Of a DNA stretch of 64,000 nt, positions 26,935 to 36,100 are shown in pieces (the first letter of the stretch is position 1; each line of letters begins with the position of its first letter). Source of the DNA: Microbacterium sp. (GTDB lineage: Bacteria; Actinomycetota; Actinomycetes; Actinomycetales; Microbacteriaceae); the NCBI GenBank assembly GCA_031177765.1, contig JAPSKH010000002.1, positions 9,900 through 73,899 on the forward strand, read 5' to 3'. Both the position numbers and the translations under genes were made by a program. The notes below the pieces were generated by a model. That model searched no databases. It saw only the letters and a list, made by a program, of their open reading frames with translations, and was not told the DNA's origin.

Positions 26935-29447
26935 GGCGGGCCACGGATGCCGTGAACCCGCGCCGGAGGCCGCTGCGCCTCGTGCCGCGGATCGTCGCCG
27001 GAACCGCGTTCACCGTCGTGATCGTCGCGGTCGCCGCCATCGCGGCGTGGCCGATCTACCGCTCCGGCAGCTACCTGCTGCTCGTCGGCTCCGCCGTGCT
27101 CGCGGCAGCGGCCATCGCCGCCACCGGGTGGCTCCGCCGCTGGAGCGCGTGGATCGTCGCGGCGGCCCTCGCCGTCGGGATGCTGCTGCTCGGGGTGCCG
27201 CTCGCCGTGCCGTCGCGACTGGGCGGCCCCGCGGAGCTGACGCGCGGACTGGGGGAGCTCGCGAGCGGTGTGGTGCTCGGGTGGAAGGATCTCGTCACCG
27301 TCGAGCTGCCGGTCGGCTCCTACCGCAACCTTCTCGTTCCGGCCCTCGTCGTCTTCCTCGTCGGCGCGTGCGCCCTGCTGCTCCTCGCGTGGCGGGATGA
27401 CCGCGCGGCGTACCTCGCCGTGCCCGTGGGCCTTGCCATGGTCTCCTTCGGGCTCTTCTTCGGGCGCACCACGGTCAGCGCCCCGCTCAGCGTCGGACCG
27501 GTCACCCTGCACGCCCCGGTCGAGACGGCCGTCGGTGCGACGGCGCTCCTGTCGGGGGTGCTGTGGCTGGCGTGGCGCACGCACGACGAGCGCGCCCGGG
27601 CACTGCAGCGGGCGGCGGTCTCCAGCGGCGTCCGCGTCTCGCGCCGTCCTTCGAGCACGGATCGTCGGCGCACCGCACTGGGAGCAGCCATGACGGTCGG
27701 GGCCGTCGCGCTCGCTGTCGCGATCGTGCCGTTCGCCGCCCGCGGCGCCGAGCGCGACGTGCTGCGCTCGGCCGTCGGCCCGGACATCGACCTGTCGGCC
27801 GAAGTCAGTCCGCTCTCGCGCTACCGGTCGCTGTTCGCCGACGACCGCGCCGAGGATGTGCTGTTCACCGTCGAGGCGACGCGCGGCGCTGCGCTGCCCG
27901 AGCGGGTGCGCATCGCCACCCTCGACGCCTACGACGGCGAAGTGATCCGCGCCGGAGGAGACGGCGCGGCCGAGGCGGGGCGCTTCGTCCGCGTGCCGTC
28001 CGCACTGGATGCCGGGCCCGGCCGGGAGGTCGCGGCGCGCTTCGAGATCGAGTCGTGGAGCGGCATCTGGATGCCCACGGCCGGCCGCCTCGAGACGGCG
28101 GCGTTCGAGGGGGACCGGTCGAGGTCACTCGCGGACGGCTTCTACTACAACGCCGAGGCCTCCGCGGGAGTGCAGACCGCCGGCGGCGGCCTGCGCGACG
28201 GCGACGCCTACGTCCTCTCCGGCGTCGAGGCGGGAGCCGGCGACCTGACCCAGGCGGACGCGCCCGGCGAGACCTCGGGCGACGACATCGCCCCCGAGAA
28301 CCTCCGCCGGTGGATGGACGCGCATGCGACGGGGTCCGACGGAGCAGCGCTTTCCGCGCTGGTGTCGCTCCTGCGCGAACGGGGATACCTCAGCCACGGC
28401 CTGACCGAGGGCGAGGCGCCTCCGGTGTGGACGACCGCGCTGGCCGACTACTCGTTCCAGCCCAGCGCCTCGGGGCACTCGGTCGCCCGCGTGGACGCGA
28501 TGTTCGCACGACTGCTCGAGCGCGAGAGCGACCCGCGGGCGGAGGCGACGGGCAACTACGTCGCCGCCGTCGGCGACGACGAGCAGTTCGCCGTCGCCGT
28601 CGCCTTGATGGCCCGCGAACTGGGGTTCCCCTCGCGCGTCGTGCTCGGTGCGCGGCTGACCAGTGCCGACCCGCAGCTGCCCACGTGTCGCGAGGGACAG
28701 TGCCGTGCGCAGGACCTGGCCGCATGGACGGAGGTGCAGTCGGCGGACGGGCAGTGGCTGGCGATCGACGTCACGCCGCAGTACGCGACCTCGCCGAGCC
28801 TCGAGGTGACCGAGCAGCGCGACCCCGAGAACGTCACCGAGGTGCGGCCGGATGCCGTCGAAGAAGTGGTCCCTCCCGACCCGACGCAGGAGGACACCGC
28901 GTCCGACGACAGTCGCGAGGAGGAGGCCGGTCTCGACCTGGCCTGGCTCTGGCCCGCGCTGCGCGTCGCCGGGATCGTGACCCTGGTGCTCCTGCTGGCG
29001 CTCGGACCGTTCGCCGTCGTCCTCGCAGCGAAGGCCCTGCGCCGCCGGGCGCGCCGTCACGCCCCGTCCGCCGCCGCGCGCATCGCCGGCGGGTGGGAGG
29101 AGTACGTCGACGCAGCGATCGACGCCGGCCGCGACGCGCCCCGAGCGGCGACGCGCACCGAGCTCGCGGCGGCCTTCGACACCCCGGCAGGAGCGCGGCT
29201 CGCCCGCGAAGCCGACCGCGCCGTGTTCTCGCACGCGGATGTCGCCGACGACCAGGCCGAGACGTTCTGGGCGTCCGTCGACGAGGAGCGGCGCGCGCTG
29301 CGCTCGGAGCGTGGGTTCTGGCGAGGACTCGCCACGACCGTATCGTTGAGATCATTGGTCCGACCGTTGGCGCCTGCGAAAGGCGTCCGAACGCGAATCG
29401 TCGAGAGGGGGAGACGACGGGCTGTGCCTGTTCGTCCGATGCCATGA
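26931..29447 (+). CDS. Multi-TM transglutaminase-like protein (TgpA-like architecture, probably non-catalytic)
   Basis: ~7 N-terminal TM helices; VGDDEQFAVAVALMARELGFPSRVVLG, AWTEV, WLAIDVTP; further TM near C-terminus. Confidence 0.88.
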   Translation: MRRATDAVNPRRRPLRLVPRIVAGTAFTVVIVAVAAIAAWPIYRSGSYLLLVGSAVLAAAAIAATGWLRRWSAWIVAAALAVGMLLLGVPLAVPSRLGGPAELTRGLGELASGVVLGWKDLVTVELPVGSYRNLLVPALVVFLVGACALLLLAWRDDRAAYLAVPVGLAMVSFGLFFGRTTVSAPLSVGPVTLHAPVETAVGATALLSGVLWLAWRTHDERARALQRAAVSSGVRVSRRPSSTDRRRTALGAAMTVGAVALAVAIVPFAARGAERDVLRSAVGPDIDLSAEVSPLSRYRSLFADDRAEDVLFTVEATRGAALPERVRIATLDAYDGEVIRAGGDGAAEAGRFVRVPSALDAGPGREVAARFEIESWSGIWMPTAGRLETAAFEGDRSRSLADGFYYNAEASAGVQTAGGGLRDGDAYVLSGVEAGAGDLTQADAPGETSGDDIAPENLRRWMDAHATGSDGAALSALVSLLRERGYLSHGLTEGEAPPVWTTALADYSFQPSASGHSVARVDAMFARLLERESDPRAEATGNYVAAVGDDEQFAVAVALMARELGFPSRVVLGARLTSADPQLPTCREGQCRAQDLAAWTEVQSADGQWLAIDVTPQYATSPSLEVTEQRDPENVTEVRPDAVEEVVPPDPTQEDTASDDSREEEAGLDLAWLWPALRVAGIVTLVLLLALGPFAVVLAAKALRRRARRHAPSAAARIAGGWEEYVDAAIDAGRDAPRAATRTELAAAFDTPAGARLAREADRAVFSHADVADDQAETFWASVDEERRALRSERGFWRGLATTVSLRSLVRPLAPAKGVRTRIVERGRRRAVPVRPMP

Positions 29448-31021
29448 CCGCCACCGATGCCTCCGCGGCCGTCCTCGGGCCGCTGATCAGTCTGCTGCTG
29501 TTCGCCGGGTTCTACGTCTGGATGGCGCTCGCGCTGGCCGCCGTCTTCCGCAAGTCCGGTGCGGAGCCGTGGAAGGCGTGGGTCCCCGTGCTCAACTACG
29601 TCGTGCTGCTGCAGCTGGCGGGCCTGTCGCCGTGGCTGCTGCTGTTCGCCCTGGTGCCGTTCGGGCTCGTGGTGGTGCTCGGCATCGCGATCTACCGCAT
29701 CAGCGTCGCCTTCGGCTACGGCGCCGGACTCACCGTGCTCGGCGTCATCCTGCTGCCGGCGTGGGCCTCGGTGATCGGGTTCGGCAGTGCCCGGTGGGTC
29801 GGCCGCGAGGAGGCCGAACCCGGTCCGCGGCGCTCCGCGGCGCCGGCGTCGGCGCCCGCGCTGCCGTCCCTCCCGCCGTTCCGCGGCCCGCAGGATACGT
29901 TCGGCGTCGCCCCGTCCACGCCGGAATCCACGTTCGGCGGCGTGTCGCAGCCCTCGTACGGCGTCACGTCGGCGTTCGCGCCACTGACGACGTCCGAGTC
30001 ATCCCCTTCGGCGCCGCCGACCACGCCGTTCTTCGCCCCCGCCCCGTCCCCGGTCCCTCCCGCCGCTCCGACCTACAGCCCAGGCTCGCCGGTCCGGCGG
30101 ACGCCGACGGCGCCGGATGCCGAGCCCGCCGTGGCCGGCTCATGGATGGCGCCGGCCGGCGGATGGAACCCGCCGCCGCTCCCGGACGACGAGGACGACC
30201 CCGTCGAGGCGGAGCCGCGCGAGCAGCAGCGCACGGTCGCGCCCGAGGCGCCGTTCCCGGCGTCGCGTTCGCGCCGCACCGATGCCGCGGCGGAGGGCCA
30301 CGATGAGACGGTCCCCGCAAGCGACGTATGGCGGGGGTTCGAGGCGTCGGACGCCACGGGTGAGGTGACCGGCGCGATCCCCGGAGCGCCGGCGCCGATC
30401 TCCGCCGTGGCGACGCCGGCCGCGGAGCACACGTCGGCTCCGTCCACGCCGCCGGTCACGCCTGTCCCGCCGCCGCCCATGCCCTCGGACGAGCCGGACC
30501 CGTGGGTTCCGTCGCGGTCGCCGATGAACGACCGCGACGCGTTCCCGGAGGCGTCGGCACCGGTGTCGGCCGTCGCCGGGGCGCCCAGCGCTGGAGGCCC
30601 CATGGCCGCCCGGTCGTCGGTGTCGGCCTTCCACGCGCAGCCCGAGATCCCCGACAGCGCGATCGAGGAGACCGTGATCGCGCGCCGCCGCCGCACGCAT
30701 TGGTCGCTCATTCCGCCCACCGGCAACCCGGTCGACATCGGGGCCGAGACCGTGATCCTCGGCCGCAAGCCCTCGCCCGACCCGCAGTTCCCGGGAGCGC
30801 AGCTCATCTCGATCCAGGACGGCACGGTGTCCAAGACGCACGCGCGCCTGCAGCTGCGTGACGACCGCTGGTACGTCACCGACCTCGACTCGACGAACGG
30901 GGTGCTCTTCGCCACCCTGATGGGAACCGAGGTCGAGGCGCCCCGTGGCGTCGAGGTCGAGGCGGGCGACCGGTTCCTGCTGGGTGACGCCGAGATCCGG
31001 CTGCAGCGGAGCGACACGTGA
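29444..31021 (+). CDS. DUF5684-like membrane domain + Pro-rich linker + FHA domain
   Basis: VFRKSGAEPWKAWVPVLN N-terminal membrane domain; FHA motifs ILGRKP, SKTHA, DLDSTNG; ATGA overlap. Confidence 0.88.
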   Translation: MTATDASAAVLGPLISLLLFAGFYVWMALALAAVFRKSGAEPWKAWVPVLNYVVLLQLAGLSPWLLLFALVPFGLVVVLGIAIYRISVAFGYGAGLTVLGVILLPAWASVIGFGSARWVGREEAEPGPRRSAAPASAPALPSLPPFRGPQDTFGVAPSTPESTFGGVSQPSYGVTSAFAPLTTSESSPSAPPTTPFFAPAPSPVPPAAPTYSPGSPVRRTPTAPDAEPAVAGSWMAPAGGWNPPPLPDDEDDPVEAEPREQQRTVAPEAPFPASRSRRTDAAAEGHDETVPASDVWRGFEASDATGEVTGAIPGAPAPISAVATPAAEHTSAPSTPPVTPVPPPPMPSDEPDPWVPSRSPMNDRDAFPEASAPVSAVAGAPSAGGPMAARSSVSAFHAQPEIPDSAIEETVIARRRRTHWSLIPPTGNPVDIGAETVILGRKPSPDPQFPGAQLISIQDGTVSKTHARLQLRDDRWYVTDLDSTNGVLFATLMGTEVEAPRGVEVEAGDRFLLGDAEIRLQRSDT

Positions 31022-31779
31022 CCGGGGCCGGTCACGAACACACACCCCCGACCGCTCGCACCGACTTCTCCGCGCGCGCCGCGGACGAGGGGACTCCCGA
31101 CGACGCGACGGTGATCTCCACCCGGCGGTCCGCCGAGACGACGCCGGACGATGCGACGCCGGACGACGCCACGCCGGACGACGCCACCATTCTCGTGTCG
31201 CGGTCAGGGCGCTTCCCGGATGCCGCACGCGCATCGCCTCCCGGCTCGGCGGCGCCTCCTCCGGGACCGCGCCGGACCGCGTCCTCCCCCGACTCCGCGG
31301 CGACGCCCGACGATGCGACCGTGGTCGCACCGCGGCGTGGCGAGCGGGCGGCAGCTCTCCAGCCGGACGACCCGGACGATCGGACGGCCATCGCAGGGCG
31401 GCGCGCGCCCGAGCCTGCGCGAGGCCCCGTCGCCGGTCCGGCGGCCGGCGCGGAGACCGACGAGACACAGCTGCGAGGCGTTCGCCGCCGTCAGCCGACG
31501 GCGCCGGCCGCTGCCGACGAGGGAGCCGGTCGCACCGCCTACGTGCCCGACGCCGACGGGGTGACGGGCCGCCGGCCGCCTCGCAGACCCACGGCCGTCG
31601 TCGCACCCCGGACGATCGCGCCCGCGCCGCGAGCCGACGTCGCGTCGCTCCCGGCCGATCTCGCGCGCGTGCACCGCCGGCACCGTGCACGCCGCCGCCG
31701 CACCGTCGTCGCGATGGCGTCCGTCGCCGTCGTCGCGCTCGCGGCGGCTGTCGCCGGCGTCCTGCTCCTGCTGATCTGA
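31018..31779 (+). CDS. Disordered TPDDAT-repeat protein with C-terminal TM anchor
   Basis: GTGA overlap with upstream gene; five TPDDAT units; Arg-rich stretch then terminal hydrophobic helix. Confidence 0.75.
   Translation: MTGAGHEHTPPTARTDFSARAADEGTPDDATVISTRRSAETTPDDATPDDATPDDATILVSRSGRFPDAARASPPGSAAPPPGPRRTASSPDSAATPDDATVVAPRRGERAAALQPDDPDDRTAIAGRRAPEPARGPVAGPAAGAETDETQLRGVRRRQPTAPAAADEGAGRTAYVPDADGVTGRRPPRRPTAVVAPRTIAPAPRADVASLPADLARVHRRHRARRRRTVVAMASVAVVALAAAVAGVLLLLI
31141..31185 (+). repeat. Three tandem 15-bp repeats encoding TPDDA
   Basis: acgccggacgatgcg acgccggacgacgcc acgccggacgacgcc. Confidence 0.9.
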
Positions 31780-31795
31780 ACCCCCCGAGGATGCG

Positions 31796-33103
31796 ATGAC
31801 CCCGCTCGATGCTGTGCCCGACGACGCGCTGGACGCCGACCCTGCGTACGCCGCGCGGCTGGGCCTCGTCTCCGCCGGCGCCGGCATCCGGTCGCTCGCC
31901 TTCGCGATCGACGCCGCGATCTGGGCGGTGGCGGCCGCTCCGGCTGCCGTCGGCGCCGTGATGGTCGTGACCGGCGACGTGTCGGTCCTCGCCGTCGTCC
32001 TCCTCGCCGTGGGCTGCGCGCTGACGACCGTGCTCGGCCTGATCCAGCTGATCACCCACGGGCGACGAGGCGTCACCGCGGGCAAGGCGGCTCTGCGCCT
32101 GCGTTCCATCAGCGCGACGAACCTCGGCGCCCCGGGCTTCTGGCGCGTCGTCCTGCGCGCGCTGGTGCTGTGGGCCAGCGGCATCCTGCCCCTGCTGGGC
32201 CCCGCCGTGATGTTCGCGTCGAGCCTGTGGGATCCGCAGCGACGCGGACGCAGCATCCTCGACCGCGTCGGAGGATGCTGGGTGATCGACGCCCGCGCGG
32301 GACTGGATCCCTTCGACGCCAAGGCGCTGCGGCACGCCCGCCGCGCCGCGCGCGGTCGTCCGGAGCAGAGCGAGGAGCTGCCGTCCATGGCGACCGGCGT
32401 CGACGGCGACTCCGCGCTGCGCATCCCCGACGCACGATCGCGGGCGGGCGTCGTGGGGCCGGGGACCACGGGCGCACAGTGGCAGCGGCTGACCGACGCA
32501 GACCACGCCGAGCTCATCGCGGAGGTGCCCGGGCACCGGGCAGCAGAGCCCGCGTTCGCGCCGGCCGTCGCCCCCGTGCCCACCGCCGTGGCTCCCGCTC
32601 CCGCCGTGCCATCCCTGCCCGCTGCCGCCGCGGCACCCGTCCCCGCTCCCGCCGGGCCCTCCGTCCCCGCTCCCGCCGCGGCATCCGCCCCCGCCGCGGC
32701 ATCCGCCCCCGCTCCCGCCGAGGTGATCCAGGCCGCCGGTGCGGTGCCCCCCGGCGGCAGCCGCCGGGCGCAGGCGATGGTGCGCTTCGACGACGGCTCC
32801 GTGGTCCGGGTGCCGGTGCTCGGGCTGATCGGCCGCGATCCCGAGCCGGCCGCCGGCGAGCAGGTGGACGCGCTGGTGCGCCTGGAGGATCCCGAGCGCC
32901 TGCTGTCGAAGACGCACGCGGCCTTCGGGCAGGATGCCGAGGGCGTGTGGATCGCCGACAGGGGGTCCCGCAACGGCACGCAGCTGGTCTCGCCCGGCGG
33001 CGATGTCGTCGACGTCGGCGCGCGTGCCGTGGTCCCCGTGGGGTGGTCGGTGCAGGTGGGCGGCAGATCGTTCGAGCTGGTTGCGAGAGGTGCTGATTCG
33101 TGA
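31796..33103 (+). CDS. RDD-family membrane domain + Ala/Pro linker + FHA domain
   Basis: RSLAFAID, TAGKAALRLR, RSILDRVGG (RDD); LIGRDP, SKTHA, DRGSRNGT (FHA). Confidence 0.9.
   Translation: MTPLDAVPDDALDADPAYAARLGLVSAGAGIRSLAFAIDAAIWAVAAAPAAVGAVMVVTGDVSVLAVVLLAVGCALTTVLGLIQLITHGRRGVTAGKAALRLRSISATNLGAPGFWRVVLRALVLWASGILPLLGPAVMFASSLWDPQRRGRSILDRVGGCWVIDARAGLDPFDAKALRHARRAARGRPEQSEELPSMATGVDGDSALRIPDARSRAGVVGPGTTGAQWQRLTDADHAELIAEVPGHRAAEPAFAPAVAPVPTAVAPAPAVPSLPAAAAAPVPAPAGPSVPAPAAASAPAAASAPAPAEVIQAAGAVPPGGSRRAQAMVRFDDGSVVRVPVLGLIGRDPEPAAGEQVDALVRLEDPERLLSKTHAAFGQDAEGVWIADRGSRNGTQLVSPGGDVVDVGARAVVPVGWSVQVGGRSFELVARGADS
32672..32707 (+). repeat. Two tandem 18-bp repeats (PAAASA) in the linker
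   Basis: cccgccgcggcatccgcc x2. Confidence 0.85.
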
Positions 33104-36100
33104 AGCTGAAGCTGAGCCTGCGTCGTGGCGCGGGGTCGTCCGTCGACGTCCTCGTCACCGCCGACTCGACCGCGACGGTGCAGGACGTCGCGCGCGCCCT
33201 CGCCGAGGGTGACGCCCTGGCCGCCCCCGGCGCCGTCAACGCCAGCGACACGCCGACGCTGCTCGTGGCCTCGCCCGCCGGTCAGCCGGTGCATCTCGAT
33301 CCCGCCACACCCATCGGCGACGCTCCCATCGGCTCCGGTTTCGACGCCTCCGTCGTGCCGGCCGCAGCCGGTGGATCGGGCAGCGCCGCGACGGCGGCGG
33401 TCATGCGGATCCACAGCGGTCCCGATGCCGGCCGGACCGTGCCGCTGGCGGCGGGCTCGACCGTGATCGGGCGCGTGTCACCGGCGCAGGTGCTGCTGGA
33501 CGATCCGCTGGTGTCCAAGCGGCACGCCCGCGTCGACGTCGATCAGGGCATCGAGCTGGTCGATCTCAACTCCGCCAACGGACTGGTCGTGGACGGCGGA
33601 CTCGTGCAGCGCGTCCGCGTGCTGCCCGGCCAGCGGATCACGATCGGCGCCACCGAGGTCTCGTTCGCGCTGGTGCCGCGCACGGCGACGGACGAGTCGC
33701 TCGTGCTCGAGCGCGGCGGCGCCCTGATGTTCAACCGGTCGCCGCGCGTCGAGGACCGCTACGCCGGTCAGGAGTTCCGGCACCCGATCATCCCCAATGA
33801 GGCCGACCCGCGCATCTTCCCATGGCCCATGATCATGGCCCCGGTGCTGCTGGGCTTCGCGATGTTCGCGATGACGCAGCGACCGACGTCGCTGCTGATC
33901 GTCGCCATGGCGCCGCTGATGATGCTCGGCAACTTCATCGGCCAGCGCACCCAGCAGGGCAAGAAGCTCAAGCTCGAGATCGAGACGTTCGAGGCGCAGC
34001 TGGACGAGCTCGAGGAGACCCTCGAGCGCGAGGAGGGGATCGAGCGGGAGCGCCGAAGGGCCGAGGCGCCGGCGACGGCCACGATCTACGAGAACGCGAT
34101 GTCGCTCGGGCCGCTGCTGTGGACGAGGCGACCCGAGCACTGGAACTTCCTCGGGCTCCGCCTGGGCGTCGGCTCCGCCGCGAGCCGCAACACCGTCCAG
34201 GAGCCGACCGATCAGCGCGGCATCGCGCAGTACGCGCAGGAGGTCCGTCGCATCCGCGACCGCTTCGCGCGGATCGACGACGTGCCGGTGATCGAGCTGC
34301 TGCCATCGGCGGGGGCGATCGGCATCGCCGGCCCGCGCGAGCTCGCCGCGGACGTCGTCCGTGGCCTCGGCGTGCAGCTGTTCGGCCTGCACGCGCCCAA
34401 CGAGGTGGTCACCGCCGCCATCATCGACCCCGCCTGGACCGGCGACATGGAGTGGATGAAGTGGCTGCCGCACACCACGAGCCCGCGCTCGCCCTTCGCG
34501 GAGATGGCGCTCGCCGACAGCCAGTCCGCCGGCACGGCGCTGCTGAACGGCCTCGAGGAGGCGATCCTCGAGCGGCTGTCGGGCTCGGCGACGCGTCGCG
34601 GCCCGCTTTCGGCGAAGGATGCCTCCATGGCGCTGGGCAAGCACGTGGGCGAGGCAGCCGGCAGCACCGCCACGGTGGGCGACGTCTCGCTCGTGCTGTT
34701 CGTCACGCACGACGCACCGGTGGACCGGCCGCGCCTGACGCAGGTGATCGAGCGCGGACCGGACGCGGGTGTCTACACCGTCTTCGTCGCTCCCACGGTG
34801 GAGTCCCTCCCGGCCGCGTGCCGGACGTACATCGACGTCTCCGGCGGTCTGGACGAGGCGATGGTGGGCTGGGTGCGTGCCGGCGACCGTGCCGAGAGCG
34901 TCGAGATCGAGGGCGTCTCCCGCGACTACGCCGAGATCTTCGCCAAGCGCCTGGCGCCCGTGGTGGACTCCAGCTCGGTCGCGGCCGACTCGTCGGATCT
35001 TCCCGCGAGCGTCTCGCTCCTGCGCCTGATCGGCACCGACATGGCCTCCGAGCCCCAGGCGGCGATCGAGCGCTGGGCGCAGAACAACTCGATCATCGAC
35101 CGCTCGCGGGGGCCGCGGCCGCGGCTGAAGCGCGCGGGCACGCTCAAGGCCTACATCGGGCAGGGAAGCCCCGACGCGATGTCTCTGGATCTGCGCACGC
35201 AGGGCCCGCACGCCCTCGTAGGCGGTACGACCGGATCGGGCAAGTCCGAGTTCCTGCAGGCCTGGGTCCTGGGAATGGCCGCCGAGTACAGTCCGGACCG
35301 CGTGACGTTCCTGTTCGTGGACTACAAGGGCGGCTCGGCGTTCGCGGACTGCGTGGAGCTTCCGCACTGCGTGGGCCTGGTGACCGACCTGAGCCCGCAT
35401 CTGGTGCGGCGCGCGCTCACGAGCCTGCGGGCGGAGCTCCATCACCGTGAGCACCTGTTCAACCGCAAGAAGGCCAAGGACCTGCTCGAGCTCGAGAAGC
35501 GGCAGGACCCCGAGACGCCCCCGGCCCTCGTGCTCGTCATCGACGAGTTCGCGGCGCTGGCCACCGAAGTGCCGGAGTTCGTCGACGGCGTCGTCGACAT
35601 CGCCCAGCGCGGCCGGTCACTCGGCATCCACCTCATCATGGCCACGCAGCGGCCCGCAGGCGTCATCAAGGACAACCTGCGCGCCAACACCAATCTGCGC
35701 GTGGCCTTGAGGATGGCCGACGCCGCCGACTCGAACGACGTCGTGGGCGACGTCGTGGCCTCCACCTTCGATCCGTCGCTGCCCGGGCGCGGCATCGCCA
35801 AGACCGGCCCCGGGCGCCTCGTCCCCTTCCAGTCCGGCTACGCCGGCGGCTGGACCACCGACGAGCCCGACCGGGCGCAGGTGCGCGTGGCGGAGCTGCG
35901 CTTCGGGTCGGTGACCCTGTGGGAGTCCGACAGCGAGGGGGAGTCGGACACCCACGACGAGGATCTCGGGCCCAACGACCAGAAGCGGCTGGTCGCCAAC
36001 CTCGTGCGTGCCGCGGCCGATGCCCGCATCCCGGCGCCGCGCCGGCCATGGCTCGACGACCTCGCGGCCACGATCGATCTGCGCGACCTGCCGCTGGACG

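Noticed and set aside
27563-29443. Upstream extension of the DUF5684-FHA ORF (1152 aa in the track); likewise extended starts for adk, map, rplN, rpsL, rpmC, infA and the transglutaminase gene
   Set aside because: The extensions are Arg-rich off-frame reads over neighbouring genes; real starts sit at stop/start overlaps or after clear RBSs
31141-32707. Short tandem repeats as a CRISPR array
   Set aside because: In-frame 15- and 18-bp coding repeats without unique spacers; no cas genes in the window
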